NCBI GenBank assembly: GCA_964016885.1
Contig: OZ024740.1
Location: 432,202,001-432,266,000 of the forward strand
DNA: 64,000 nucleotides
Reading direction: 5' to 3'
DNA from: Eledone cirrhosa
Lineage: Eukaryota
This document shows positions 13,882 through 25,860 of this stretch, piece after piece (the first letter of the stretch is position 1; the number at the start of each line of letters is the position of its first letter). The notes under the pieces were generated by a model. That model was not told where the DNA came from. It did not search any database and was given only the letters and a program-made list of their open reading frames with translations. The position numbers and the translations under genes are program-made.

Positions 13882-14055
13882 ACACTATAAATGTGGTTGG
13901 TGTTAGGAAGGGTATCCAGCCGTAGAAAACCTGCCAGAAACAGTTCTGTACGAGCGAGACATGGTCACCTGACCAATTTTGCCTCAAGTGGGACAAACTC
14001 ATCCAACCCATGCTAGCATGGAGATGGATGTTAAACGATGATGATGATGATGATA
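13882..14055 (+). mobile_element. 3' part of an abundant SINE-like retroposon with (GAT)n tail
   Basis: GTGGTTGGTGTTAGGAAGGG..CCAGCCGTAGAAA...CCAACCCATGCTAGCATGG..GTTAAACGATGATGAT; homologous pieces at ~15860-16020, 21840-22020 and 40920-41070, and reversed at ~22910-23060, 33820-33950 and 34580-34680. Confidence 0.75.
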
Positions 14056-14739
14056 TTTATCTATTAAGTCTGAACATAATAGAATCAAATTCCTATTGTC
14101 ACTGCTTCCGTCTCTCTCGCACTCCCCATCTCTCACAAATGGGGGCCCAGACACTGGCGGCGCTGGCAGACAGAATAGAGAAGGTGTTTCCCCAGAGGAT
14201 GGTGAGGGAAATGTATCATGTGATAAATTCATAGAAAGGCCCATGCTGGGGGTTCAGTGAGAAATTGCATTTTTTCCCCAAAGTTTTTTCATGTTTTCAA
14301 CTAATCTGACCTCCAACTCACTCACAATCAACTTTTTTTTCCCAAAAATGGAGGGGGAGTTGAAGGTGGAGACCCTCAGAGTTTTCTTTGGTGGAATTAC
14401 AACCAGAAATATTTTAAATTATGGTAAGCACTAGATTATAAGAAATTTCTGCTGAGTTATTTCTACAATGTGGTTGTCATATTTGTTGAAGTAATTTCAT
14501 TTTATTTAAACAGTGAAGGGAAACTAATAATCACCACAAGTTCCCCTAGGGCAGAGATGGGGAACCTGTGGCCTTCTATACCATTCTGTGTGGCCTTTTG
14601 AATGAATCATAAATTTCCTACAAGAAAAAGAGTTACAAGAAGAAAAAGAGTTAGAAAATAAGATTTTCATTTTCTTAGATAAAATAAAATGGTCAGTCCT
14701 GAACATTTAAAGATTTGTTTTAAGAAAGTATTGAGATAC

Positions 14740-14860
14740 CTTTGTCCAGTATAGTATATGAGATGCAATGTCTTGGGGTGACATCAACCAAGACAGTATC
14801 AAGAGAAATAAAATTCCTAATAATGAATCCATAATTTGACGAAATCCAAGGTCCCGGTAA
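14740..14860 (-). CDS. PIGQ: PIGQ coding exon 4
   Basis: ttttcag|T TAC CGG...ACA AAG|gtatct; 121 nt, phase 2->0; (C)YRDLGFRQIMDSLLGILFLLILSWLMSPQDIASHILYWTK aligns with the PIGQ 'LLDVALGLMLLSWL' segment. Confidence 0.85.
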
Positions 14861-15649
14861 CTGAAAATTAAAGAGGAGAAAAACCATTAACCATTTCCAA
14901 TACGTCATCTGTACATGGTCACCTCATTTCTTCTACATTTAAGGCCCATGTTGTCTCATGTAACATTGAACTTCATCAAACAATCTGATTTTTACTCCCA
15001 AAAGGGAAACCTTTTGTTGTCAAAAGAAATACAACCCCCTCAACTTTTTCCACTCAATTCTCACTCGGGTATATTCCTCACTCGGGTATATTCCACCCTT
15101 TTGGTATATTCCTCACTCGGGTATATTCCTCCCTTTTGGTATATTCCTCACTCTGGTATATTCCTCCCTTCTCATAACTAGCTTACCTAAGTAGTAAAAA
15201 CTTAATGACTTCTACTGAACTTTCCAAACATTTGGGGGAAATTATTTTGTATGTATTCTTACTGTTAATTCCTCCTGTACATTTTCCACAACAAAACTTG
15301 TCTTCTCTGTTAGTCTACCTGTGATCTTGCTACACCTTATATTGAGTACACTGTATAGAATATCTACCAAGTCGCTGTGTATCAAGTATAGCCATTTCTC
15401 TGATGGTACCAGAGTGTTGTTGACTTACTAAACATAAGTTGAAAGTGTTTGAGGTGATATGAGAACAACCAGTTCCATTAAACAGAGATCTTTCTAGTAT
15501 GAGGAGAAAACACAGACTATGACAGCAAACACTCCAATTTTAACTAAAGATTTAATAAGTAGGATTTAATAAAATAAGTAAAACTAGGAAATATTGATTC
15601 CTGTTTCACATTGAAAAGTTAATAGATTTGTAGTTGTCTTGTTGACAAT

Positions 15650-16020
15650 AAAAAATACCTGGTCTACTGTGTAAGGTGGTCATGCTGGTGACTTGACAAA
15701 AAGCACCCAGTTCACCCTGTAAAGTGGCTGTGTTGGTGACACAACAAAACCTATCTTGTCCACCCTGTAAAGTGATTGTTTTGGTGACAATGAAAAAGTA
15801 CCCAGTGCAACCTGTCAGTTGGTCATGCTGGTAACATAACAAAAAGCACCCAGTCCATACTGTAGATGTGGTTGGTATTAGGAAGGGCATCTGGCTGTAG
15901 AAACCAAGCCAGAAACAGTTCTGAATGAGCAAGACATGGTCATCTGATTTAACTTGTCTCACAACAGAAGAACTCATCTAACCCATGCTAATGTGTAAAT
16001 ATAGACATTAAATAATGTCA
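15650..16020 (+). mobile_element. Same SINE-like family carrying ~5 diverged 48-bp units
   Basis: Repeats of CTGTAA(A/G)GTGGTCATGCTGGTGACA..AAAAAGCACCCAGT followed by the same tail as 13882-14055. Confidence 0.75.
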
Positions 16021-16139
16021 ATTGAATCTACTCTCTCAGTAAATAACACCAATACTTTAACTTATTTATGTAGAGAAGATAGAAAATGAAATTAATGTTT
16101 CAACTGAAAGTATAATAGATAAAGTGTACTCCAATCAAA

Positions 16140-16404
16140 CCCGGAGACTCATCAGGCCAGTGTTTATCCTGGTTTCTGTGGCCTGAAGTGGCTGAGAGTA
16201 CAAGACTTCCCCTGGACAGGACACTAGTCCATTACAGGGTTAAACCGCCAGCTATTACTGGTACTCATTTTCAGCTGAGTACATTGGAGCAACATGAAAT
16301 GAAGTGTTTTGCTCAAGAACACAACACACAACCCAGTCCAGGAATTGAACCCACAAAATTATGATCGTACATCTAACACCCTTACCACTAGGCCATGCAC
16401 TTCC
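16140..16404 (-). mobile_element. tRNA-derived SINE with CORE-like central domain
   Basis: Minus strand has A-box TGGCCTAGTGG and B-box GGTTCAATTCC, then GTGTTCTTGAGCAAAACACTT; partial copy at ~32885-33022. Confidence 0.75.
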
Positions 16405-16407
16405 ACT

Positions 16408-18030
16408 TAGATATACCTCTAATAGACATACCCCTAATAGACATACCTCTAATAGACATACCCCTAATAGATATACCTCTAATAGATATACCTCTAATAG
16501 ACATACCCCTAATAGAGATACCTCTAATAAACATACCCCTAATAGATATACCTCTAATAGATTACCTCTAATAGACATACCTCTAATAGACATACCCCTA
16601 ATAGATATACCTCTAATAGACATACCCCTAATAGATATACCCCTAATAGATATACCCCTAATAGATATACCTCTAATAGATATACCTCTAATAGATATAC
16701 CTCTAATAGATATACCTCTAATAGATATACCCCTAATAGATATACCCCTAATAGATATACCTCTAATAGACATACCCCTAATAGACATACCCCTAATAGA
16801 TATACCTCTAATAGATATACCTCTAATAGATATACCTCTAATAGATATACCCCTAATAGATTACCTCTAATAGATATACCTCTAATAGATATACCTCTAA
16901 TAGATATACCCCTAATAGATATACCTCTAATAGATATACCTCTAATAGATATACCTCTAATAGATATACCCCTAATAGATATACCTCTAATAGATATACC
17001 TCTAATAGATATACCCCTAATAGATTACCTCTAATAGACATACCCCTAATAGATATACCTCTAATAGATATACCTCTAATAGACATACCCCTAACAGATA
17101 TACCCTTAATAGATTACCTCTAATAGACATACCCCTAATAGATATACCTCTAATAGATATACCTCTAATAGACATACCCCTAATAGATATACCTCTAATA
17201 GATATACCCCTAATAGATTACCTCTAATAGACATACCCCTAATAGATATACCCCTAAAAGATATACCTCTAATAGACATACCTCTAATAGATATACCCCT
17301 AATAGATATACCTCTAATAGATATACCTCTAATAGATATACATCTAATAGATATACCTCTAATAGATATAACCCTAATAGATTACCTCTAATAGATATAC
17401 CTCTAATAGATATACCCCTAATAGATTACCTCTAATAGACATACCCCTAATAGATATACCTCTAATAGATATACCCCTAATAGATATACCCCTAATAGAT
17501 ATACCTCTAATAGATATACCTCTAATAGATATACCTCTAATAGATATACCTCTAATAGACATACCCCTAATAGATATACCCCTAATAGATTACCTCTAAT
17601 AGACATACCCCTAATAGATATACCTCTAATAGATATACCTCTAATAGACATACCCCTAATAGATATACCTCTAATAGATATTAGAGGTATATCTATTAGA
17701 GGTAATCTATTAGGGGTATGTCTATTAGGGGTATATCTATTAGAGGTATATCTATTAGGGGTATATCTATTAGGGGTATATCTATTAGAGGTATATCTAT
17801 TAGGGGTATGTCTATTAGAGGTAATCTATTAGGGGTATATCTAATAGATATACCTCTAATAGATTACCTCTAATAGATATACCTCTAATAGACATACCCC
17901 TAAAAGATATACCCCTAATAGATATACCTCTAATAGATATACCTCTAATAGATATACCTCTAATAGACATACCCCTAAAAGATATACCTCTAATAGATAT
18001 ACCCCTAATAGACATACCCCTAAAAGATAT
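16408..18030. repeat. 15-bp minisatellite (~108 units) with an internal inverted block at 17679-17843
   Basis: Unit TAGA(T/C)ATACC(T/C)CTAA; the reverse-complement units TTAGAGGTATATCTA occupy 17679-17843. Confidence 0.96.
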
Positions 18031-18258
18031 AGCCTTAATTGAGATTAAACAAGTGAAGATTAAGAAGAGGGTTTCTGAAAATACTAAAATATTTGTCTAT
18101 AAGGTATTCCTTATCATTCAACACCCATCTCCCCCGCTAGCAAGGAATGAACAGGTCCTCACAGACCAAGTCAGTATTAAAGCAAGGCTACAGGCTTCTT
18201 CGATGGCAATTTTACAACAATTAATATGACTGAAATAAGGGATTAAATATGAACAAAC

Positions 18259-18384
18259 CAGAGTTTTTTCAGAGGAGATTCTGTATTTGTCTTTGTGTGT
18301 AATTTAATCTGGGAATATTTCATCTCCATAACTCGTACAAACGCCGAAGTAAACAAGGCCTTATTGATGTAACAATTGGTAGTT
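18259..18384 (-). CDS. PIGQ: PIGQ coding exon 3
   Basis: tttgtttctag|A ACT ACC...CTC TG|gtttgt; 126 nt, phase 2->2, open in the required frame: (Q)TTNCYINKALFTSAFVRVMEMKYSQIKLHTKTNTESPLKKL. Confidence 0.75.
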
Positions 18385-18412
18385 CTAGAAACAAACAGAA
18401 GTAACATTTTAA

Positions 18413-18621
18413 CCCTTTAGCAATTAAACCGGCCAGAATTCTCTCACCTCTTTCTATTCAAACCAGCTGTAACCAGCCGCTCATACTGATGTTAAGGTAT
18501 CTTTCTCAAAATAAATAATATCAAAATCATAGATTCAATACTATGTGAGATAGTTATGTGAGGTAAAGCCTTTACTGTGAAAATACAATAGTAAGTTTAG
18601 AGTAATGTAAATGCTAAAGGG
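18413..18621. mobile_element. piggyBac-type MITE
   Basis: TTAA|CCCTTTAGCA...TGCTAAAGGG|TTAA: TTAA target duplication, CCC/GGG termini and short TIRs. Confidence 0.8.
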
Positions 18622-19614
18622 TTAATAAATACAACATAATGTTTTAGATGGGTTATTATGAAAGTAGTTTTATTTCTGCACAACAACACTTATCTTTTTC
18701 TGACTTTTTTCTATACTTTGGTCAATATATTCTGATTGTTTTGTGGTAGATTTATTTATTTTTTTACTTTCTATGTCTGGACGAAGGGTAGGGCCCATGG
18801 CGCTTGCAAACCCTCGGAGAGAACATAAACTTTTGTAAGTCAGCACCTGCAGGAAAGACATGAATGGGGAGCGGGTATTCTGGAGGGCTGACATCCAGAA
18901 TGGGGAGCGGGTATTCTGGAGGGCTGACATCCAGGGTATAGTGTTTAATGTCAAGTCCTGGACTGGGGGACACACAACATGGATGAGAAGATGAGGACAG
19001 ACAAGTAAATCAAGAGTGCTTCGATGGAGGTAATAAAAGACAAACCAGCTCCAAGAAGGAGAGACCTCTGTAGAAGAGACAGAAAGCAAAGACAGCACAT
19101 TTACAGAGCCTGTCTGTGAGTGACTAGATACTAATTAGTCTAGTAACTTATCTACCATTTATAGAGCCTGTCTGTGAGTGACTTGATACTAATTAGTCTA
19201 GCAACTTATCTACAGATGCAATCTAGGATATCTGTGTATCTAAGATGTCTTTGATTAACCTTGAAATTAAAGCTTGCATATAAAATCTCTGGGTCTAAAC
19301 TCCATCTAGGATCTTGAAACATCCAGAACTCAGGAATATAAATTAATTTAAATGTTGACAATATAGAAAAAGAATGGGGTTTGTTGTCTGATATAACTAA
19401 ATTCCTTTAATATGATACAGTAATCACAATGTTTAGAAATTAAATTCAATTCTATTTAGATTGAAAAATTTGAGCCACTTTTAAAAGTTTACAAAACAAA
19501 AACAAAATAACGTTAAATTTGTTCTGAATTAAACAAGGAAAAATCTTCAACTGTTTTGTATTATTCTAATTCAATGAATACATTTGAATAAATAAATAAA
19601 ATGTTCTTACTTAC

Positions 19615-20113
19615 TGAAATACAAATAAGGACGTTATGTACAAGAGAGGTGACATGAATATTGATAAAATAATGTCAAGGAAGGAATTTTCTAAACAAGG
19701 AGATTTCAGAAAGTAACTTTTCATTCTGTGTTTTTCTTTCCAGTGTAGGATATCAGAAGTATTTTGACAAACATTTTGTACAATCTTCAACACAGGATAA
19801 GGAATAAGATCTGATTGACAATATTCACTACCATTATCATGAACAGTGGTGCTCTCTTGAATAAAGTAAGACTTCTGGAGATCATCTGGGTTAAAAAGTA
19901 CACATGTGCAACGTATGAACTTATTTTGAGAACTTGTATAGACTTGGGCAGATAGTGACTTGTTGGGTAACATCTTCAGTTCCAGCCAGCCTGTTTGGCA
20001 ATAAAGATGGTTAAATGTCTCTTGTTCAACTCTTGAATTCAACAAACCAATAATTCTTAATGATGCTGAACTTCTTTGGTTGTCAACAATGGTAGAGCAA
20101 GAATTGCAATTAT
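19615..20113 (-). CDS. PIGQ: PIGQ coding exon 2
   Basis: gatttctttag|AT AAT TGC...TTT CA|gtaagt; 499 nt, phase 1->2, open throughout (internal to ORF 19611..20165). Divergent N-terminal region ending in a hydrophobic segment, as in PIGQ. Confidence 0.78.
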
Positions 20114-20682
20114 CTAAAGAAATCAAAGAATATATTTTAGCAACAATCTTAGAAGTGTCAGACATAAGTTAATATTTCAGTTTAAATAAAAATATTTACA
20201 TAATCTAGTGAAAAATAGATTACATATCGCAATGAATATAAAAGAAATATCTAAGCTAGTTCTAGTATTGAAGTATATTGTCATCACATCATCATCATCA
20301 TCATCATCACAATAGCTGGCAAATAGTTAATTGTTTATCATCCGACCAAACAATTGTCTCCAAGGCCAAGATATTTACCAGTTCTCAGCAGTACAGTTCT
20401 TGGCATTAAGAAAGTCATCCAGCCATAGAAACTATGACAAAATGGAATGTATGAGTAAGACGTGGCCATTTGACTTGTCTAATCTAACCTAAGGCAGGCA
20501 GATAATGACAATGATGTCATCCATATATCTCTGACCTGACCATTACCATCTTCACCTACTTCAGTATCTTAACTGACCAAATTGACAACAAAGTTGCAAC
20601 TATTTCAATCATTTTTTTTTAAACTAGAAAAACTAGAACAAAGAAATGTACATAAAAAATATGAAACTATGTTTCATTATGA

Positions 20683-21053
20683 CAACACTGCCATAATATA
20701 TAATTCCTATAACTGTTGTAATGAATCTCACAACACTGCCATAATATATAATTCCTATAACTGTTGTAATGAATCTCACAACACTGCCATAATATATAAT
20801 TCCTATAACTGTTGTAATGAATCTCACAACACTGCCATAATATATAATTCCTATAACTGTTGTAATGAATCTCACAACACTACCATGATATATAATTCCT
20901 ATAACTGTTGTAATGAATCTCACAACACTACCATGATATATAAAAGCTAACAACACTACCATGATATATAATTCCTATAACTGTTGTAATGAATCTAACA
21001 ACACTACCATGATATATAAAAGCTAACAACACTACCATGATATATAATTCCTA
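20683..21053. repeat. 48-bp minisatellite (~5.5 full units plus truncated units)
   Basis: Unit CAACACTGCCATAATATATAATTCCTATAACTGTTGTAATGAATCTCA. Confidence 0.93.
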
Positions 21054-21218
21054 TTATAAGTAGAGAGATGAATCAAGACAACATTCTCAACATTTTTGTG
21101 TTTTTTTTATTTTTTTTTTTACTAAAAAATGTATTTAAAACCATTAAAACAAATGATATGGCCAAAAGCCATTAAAACAAAGACCATTAAAATAAAAGAT
21201 ATGGTCAAAATAATAAAC

Positions 21219-21357
21219 CTTTATCATTGAAGTCTTTAGGACATATAATGCCAGCAACATAAATTAGTTGTTCATGGCACCAGACATGACCAACTAAATA
21301 ACCTTCTTTATGATAGGTTAAGTTATAAGGTAGAAATATTCTCCAAGTGTTCTCCAT
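21219..21357 (-). CDS. PIGQ: PIGQ first coding exon (start codon; exon acceptor at ~21417)
   Basis: ACA ATG GAG...GAT AAA G|gtttat; MENTWRIFLPYNLTYHKEGYLVGHVWCHEQLIYVAGIICPKDFNDK matches the PIGQ N-terminal pattern 'xFFP....GLLVG'; phase 1 joins the exon starting at 20113. Confidence 0.8.
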
Positions 21358-22191
21358 TGTGGTAGAAATGGTCAAGAATTGCCACCAAGTATTTCAGACA
21401 ATCACAGCAATTATTTCCTATAAGAATAAAAATAATCATATTTGGAGGTTAGAAAGTATTTAAAACAAAAGAGAAACATTCAGACAACTGCAAGAAAAAG
21501 AGAAGTAGTTTTTTATGGCTTAATCTGTGGCAGAAGATCAACCCTTATCACTTTTTAGTGGGTCTCAAAGACTGTGGGAGTAGAAACAAGTGCAACATAT
21601 TAAAATATCAAATTATCCTAAAGTTCATCATCATCATCGTTTTTACATCTACTTTTCTACATTTGCATGGGTTGGATAGGTCCTTCTCAGCATGTCATTT
21701 CTCCACTGGTCGCATTCCTTCGTCATCTCCTCTGCCAGTTTTAGCAATTGGAGGTCTGCTCTCACCACCTCTATCCAGGTTTTTCTTATGGTGTTAAATT
21801 ACAGATTAAGTCTACTTCTAAAGAACATGAAAACCTCCCTAGTGCTGGTGCTAGGATTAAATGCACCAGGTGCACTCTGTAAAGTGTGGGAATGTACGTC
21901 AGCAAGAAGCATGCTCTAGGCTCATCTAAGAAGTCTGTAGCTCCAATTAACTGTTAATTTGGTCTATGATGACCCATCTAACCCTTGCTGGCAGGAAAAA
22001 CAAACATTAAATGATGATGTACAAAGCATCGGGCTTCTGTATAGTCCCTCAAGCCAATTTCACTTCCATGGCTTGGCTCAACCCAAAGTAGAAGATACAT
22101 GTTTACAATGTGATCAAACATGGAACAATGTAATTATGAAATAAACTTTTATAACCAGAAGGCATATATTACTGTTGTGTATATAACTTAC

Positions 22192-22276
22192 TCCAAGATC
22201 CAGCCTTAGGAACTACAAATATCCATTTGGAAGATCTTCAGTAAACCTCTTCCTCGCTCTCACTGATGACCAAAGT
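22192..22276 (-). other. PIGQ: Probable non-coding 5'UTR exon of PIGQ
   Basis: Strong acceptor ttttgcttttcag| and donor |gtaagt bracket 85 nt with stops in all three frames. Confidence 0.5.
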
Positions 22277-23216
22277 CTGAAAAGCAAAATAAAATTGAAA
22301 ACTACCAACAGAACAAACTAAATTTTATAAATTATATAGGAAGGAATTGATCGACAAGATTACTGAGTGGAGGGGAACTTGTCAAAATGGACCAAGGAAA
22401 CAATGTTTCCATCGGTGATATTATCTGCTGGTTGCCAAAAGAAGTAGAGAAAGAAGTTAAATAACTGATCCATTGTCTATATTGGGTTCAATATTTAGAT
22501 GTAACTCCCCTTTATTGAAGGACCAGTCATGCCACACACAAACATCATCAGTAATCTAATCCACATGCCACCACCATAAATGAAACAAGGGATAGTCCAT
22601 CTTGTGGTCCCAGCCGTCAGGATGGAGAATACATTGCTAGGAGGATGGCAAGGGAGATGTGCTGGAACAGCCACTCCAACCCCCTGTAGGGCTCACACTT
22701 GCAGGTATCCAAAACCACTCCAATAGCAGTGAGTATGGATGTGGTCCAGGAGTAACACCACAAGTCACCATTGTGACTACCACAAACCTAGGCTGATACT
22801 TTAACACTTTATACTCTTCAGATAAACTAACTTTCCATCTACATCCACTGTCTGCCACGGCTAGTTATACATATAGGTACTAAATTCAAAAAAACCTAAC
22901 CAACCTCATTTTAAGTCCACTTTCCACACTGGCATGTGTTGGAGAGGTTGTCACAGTCTGAAACTAGACATTTGGGAGTGACCTCATCTTGCTCATACAT
23001 TACATATTTAGCATGGTTTCTATGGCTGGATGCCCTTCCTAACAGAACCACTTTACAGTGTTTACTGGATAGATTATTTTTGCAAAGCCAGCACAACCTC
23101 TTTACACAGCAACATCAAATATTTTTTAGTAGAATGTTATTCTGATAACAACTTTATGTCTCTAAAGTTGAGGAAATTTGATGACTTTTGCCACAGTAAG
23201 GACATTAAATACTTTG

Positions 23217-25162
23217 GGGTTATTCCATATCAAATCACTCATTTTCAGAAAAATTTCCCAAGTAACCCCCTCAGATCCCCCTGAAAAAATTAATACTAGC
23301 TCCTGTACCTATATGATGGAAAAATATCAAATATTAGGTCAATATCTTTGATAGTTTTAAAATTGGAGACCTTTAAAATATTAATTAATTATACATTTTT
23401 TTCTGAACAAGCCTCTTGGACCAACTTGAGACAGCCATTTCTCCTCTAATAAGGCAAGCACAACTAACTTTGAAATCATGTGCTGTCAAATTCAAATTGG
23501 CTAAAGTTTGATGCTTGCAAAACAATAGCTGGAGTTATGTGGCATCACAGTTTCATTCCGTATCCAGGAAATAAGCTTCAGATGAGAAGAGTAACCCTAG
23601 ATGATATGTACACTGTTGTGTAGGGGATGATATGGAGGACTAAGCTAGTGTAAACTGGGTTAACTATCAACCAGGTAAGTATGTAGCTTGTCTGTATGAT
23701 TCCAACTGCTATGTGGGAAACATTATTGAACACTCATTTCAACATTCTCATGTTCTTGTTTCCTTTATGAAAGGATCGAAAAACAATGTATTTCTTGGCC
23801 AACAGCATCCTGTAAGGGTGAATGTTGGGTTCATTTACAGGTGTGTAATCAGTTCACCAATCGTTCAAGGTAGAAGTACCCACACCTACACAATTAGTTC
23901 AAGTGACCTGAACAACATTCTCACTCTATTCCCACAATTTGTGCAGAATTAATAGGATTCACATTAGTGTTTGACCTAAATATGTTTTATAATTATTTAA
24001 TACAAGTTATTGAGTTGGGCACTGAAAGTTATTAATATTTACTTTTCTTGTATATAAATCATTTTGTGTCATGCTGTCTTGTCACTTTGGTACTATGTAC
24101 TAATTCCAGTGTGACTCTGCAGCTCTATGTAAAAAGTGCTCATGGATATGCATTGTTTGTCATCAATGAATCAATAGGTACTGTATTGAATAATTCAATG
24201 AAGGGCAATATAGTACTCTATCTCTGATTAAAATATATTTATGTTGAATTTTTGTTAATTCTAGCTGTTTAACATTTGTGTCTTATGTGTGTCTCTGTAC
24301 ACTATCATGTATAATGTGGTTATCGATATACACGTAGTAGTTTGCCATTTGTTGAATAAATACCCATTAATTTAAAAGATCTTTATTTATACTATATTGA
24401 ATAAATCACTGATGGATGATATACTGTTTTATATCCAGGCTTTATGAATAAGTTCATCCTGTACAAAACGCTGACAACTGAATTTCTAAAAATTCACAAC
24501 TCTGAAAGGAAGCTCAGCAACAAAATCAAATTTCTGTCACATCATCTTCAGAAGTATAAGAATGCATGATAAAAATTTGAAAATGATATTGAACTGCCCA
24601 CATGGTCAACTAAGGGCATCAAAATGTGCATTTTTTGAGAAATTTTGAAATTGCACATATTTCAAAAAATTATTCTGACACTCCCATAATAGTAACTAAC
24701 ATGGTTACTGCTCAGAAATGGTCTCCTATATGCTAAGTTACAGGAAAACAATTATGGTTGCTTTATCTAGTGTACCTATTGAGATAACAATACCTAAAAG
24801 AGGCATACATTTGCTGTACGTTTAATTCAGAGGCCTGTATATGGAAAAATATACAAGATACACTTGATTTAATAAGATATTTGAACTCTACAAAAAAGGT
24901 TAGCCTCAAACCCATGATTTCAAAGTTGTGCTTGCCATATTAGAGGAGAAATGGCTGTCTCAAGTTGGTCTGAGAGACTCGTTCGGAAAAAATGTAAACT
25001 TAATTAATATTTTAAAGGCCTACAATTTCAAAACTATCAAAGATATTGACCTAATACTTGATATTTTTCCATCATATAGGTACAGGAGCTAGTATGAATT
25101 TTTTCAGGGGGATCTGAGGAGGTGACTTGGGACCCTCTGGGTGATTTGACATGGAATGACCC
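23217..25162 (+). mobile_element. Internally deleted DNA transposon with ~265-bp terminal inverted repeats (Sola2-like)
   Basis: 23217-23480 is the diverged reverse complement of 24912-25162; termini GGG...CCC, flanks TTTG/TTTT. A frameshifted remnant at ~23490-23950 (TIAG..HHSFIP; GKYVACLYDSNCYVGNII; SWP...ECWV) resembles transposase C-termini. The superfamily call is from recall. Confidence 0.7.
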
Positions 25163-25345
25163 TTTTTGTTAAAAATATAGTTCTTGTTGATAATGCTAAA
25201 AATATCAGCAGAGGGCACAAATAAATTGCTACGGCCATGCCAAACAACAACCTGAGTACCTTTTTGATTTCCATGTGTCTAACACACGTGGGCATGCCAA
25301 CAAAGTCAGAAAACGGCACAGCTCCCATAACTTTCGAAAATATTT

Positions 25346-25605
25346 TTTTCACGCTCAGAGTTACTGAAGCATGGAACAAACTACCTGCATCAGTTGTTAG
25401 CTGTCGAGACTCTGCATACTTTCAAAACTCCATGCTTCCTGAGATTCGCCAACACTACACCTAATGTTCCCCCCTCCACACACATATATCAATGACTCAT
25501 ACACTGTTCACTGACATTTGTATATTATTCTATGTACTATACATGCACCTTTGACGAGTTGTAGTGCACCTGAGCACTGTACACAATAATTTCATTATTA
25601 TTATT
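25346..25605 (+). mobile_element. CR1-group LINE 3' end
   Basis: Encodes FFTLRVTEAWNKLPASVV (the CR1/L2 'FFxxRVxxxWNxLP' motif), then a stop, a short 3'UTR and an (ATT)n tail. Confidence 0.7.
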
Positions 25606-25682
25606 ATAACTGGTGGGCCTCCCTCCCCCTGCGGGGACCGTGGACAATCCCCCCCCCCCTCTATTAAATCTGTATATACAAT

Positions 25683-25860
25683 AATTGTTTCTACTTTTAG
25701 CACAAGGCCAGCAATTACCCAGTGCATTACTGGTACATTATTTTATCGACCCCGTAAGGATGAAAGGCAAAGTCAACCTCGGCGGGATTTGAACTCAGAT
25801 CATAAAGGGACGTAACTATGCTGGAAAGCATGTCCGACCCTCTACCGATACAGCCAATTC
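25683..25860 (-). mobile_element. tRNA-derived SINE family 2 (copies also ~33046-33225 and 38802-38985; related copies ~26335-26500 and 33520-33705)
   Basis: Minus strand has B-box GAGTTCAAATCC followed by GCCTTTCATCCTT..GGGTCGATAAAAT..GTACCAG and an (ATT)-type tail; several dispersed copies in the window. Confidence 0.75.

Noticed and set aside
20114-20165. ORF-track start MSDTSK as the PIGQ N-terminus
   Set aside because: An upstream exon (21357-21219) gives a better PIGQ-like N-terminus and splices in phase to the acceptor at 20113.
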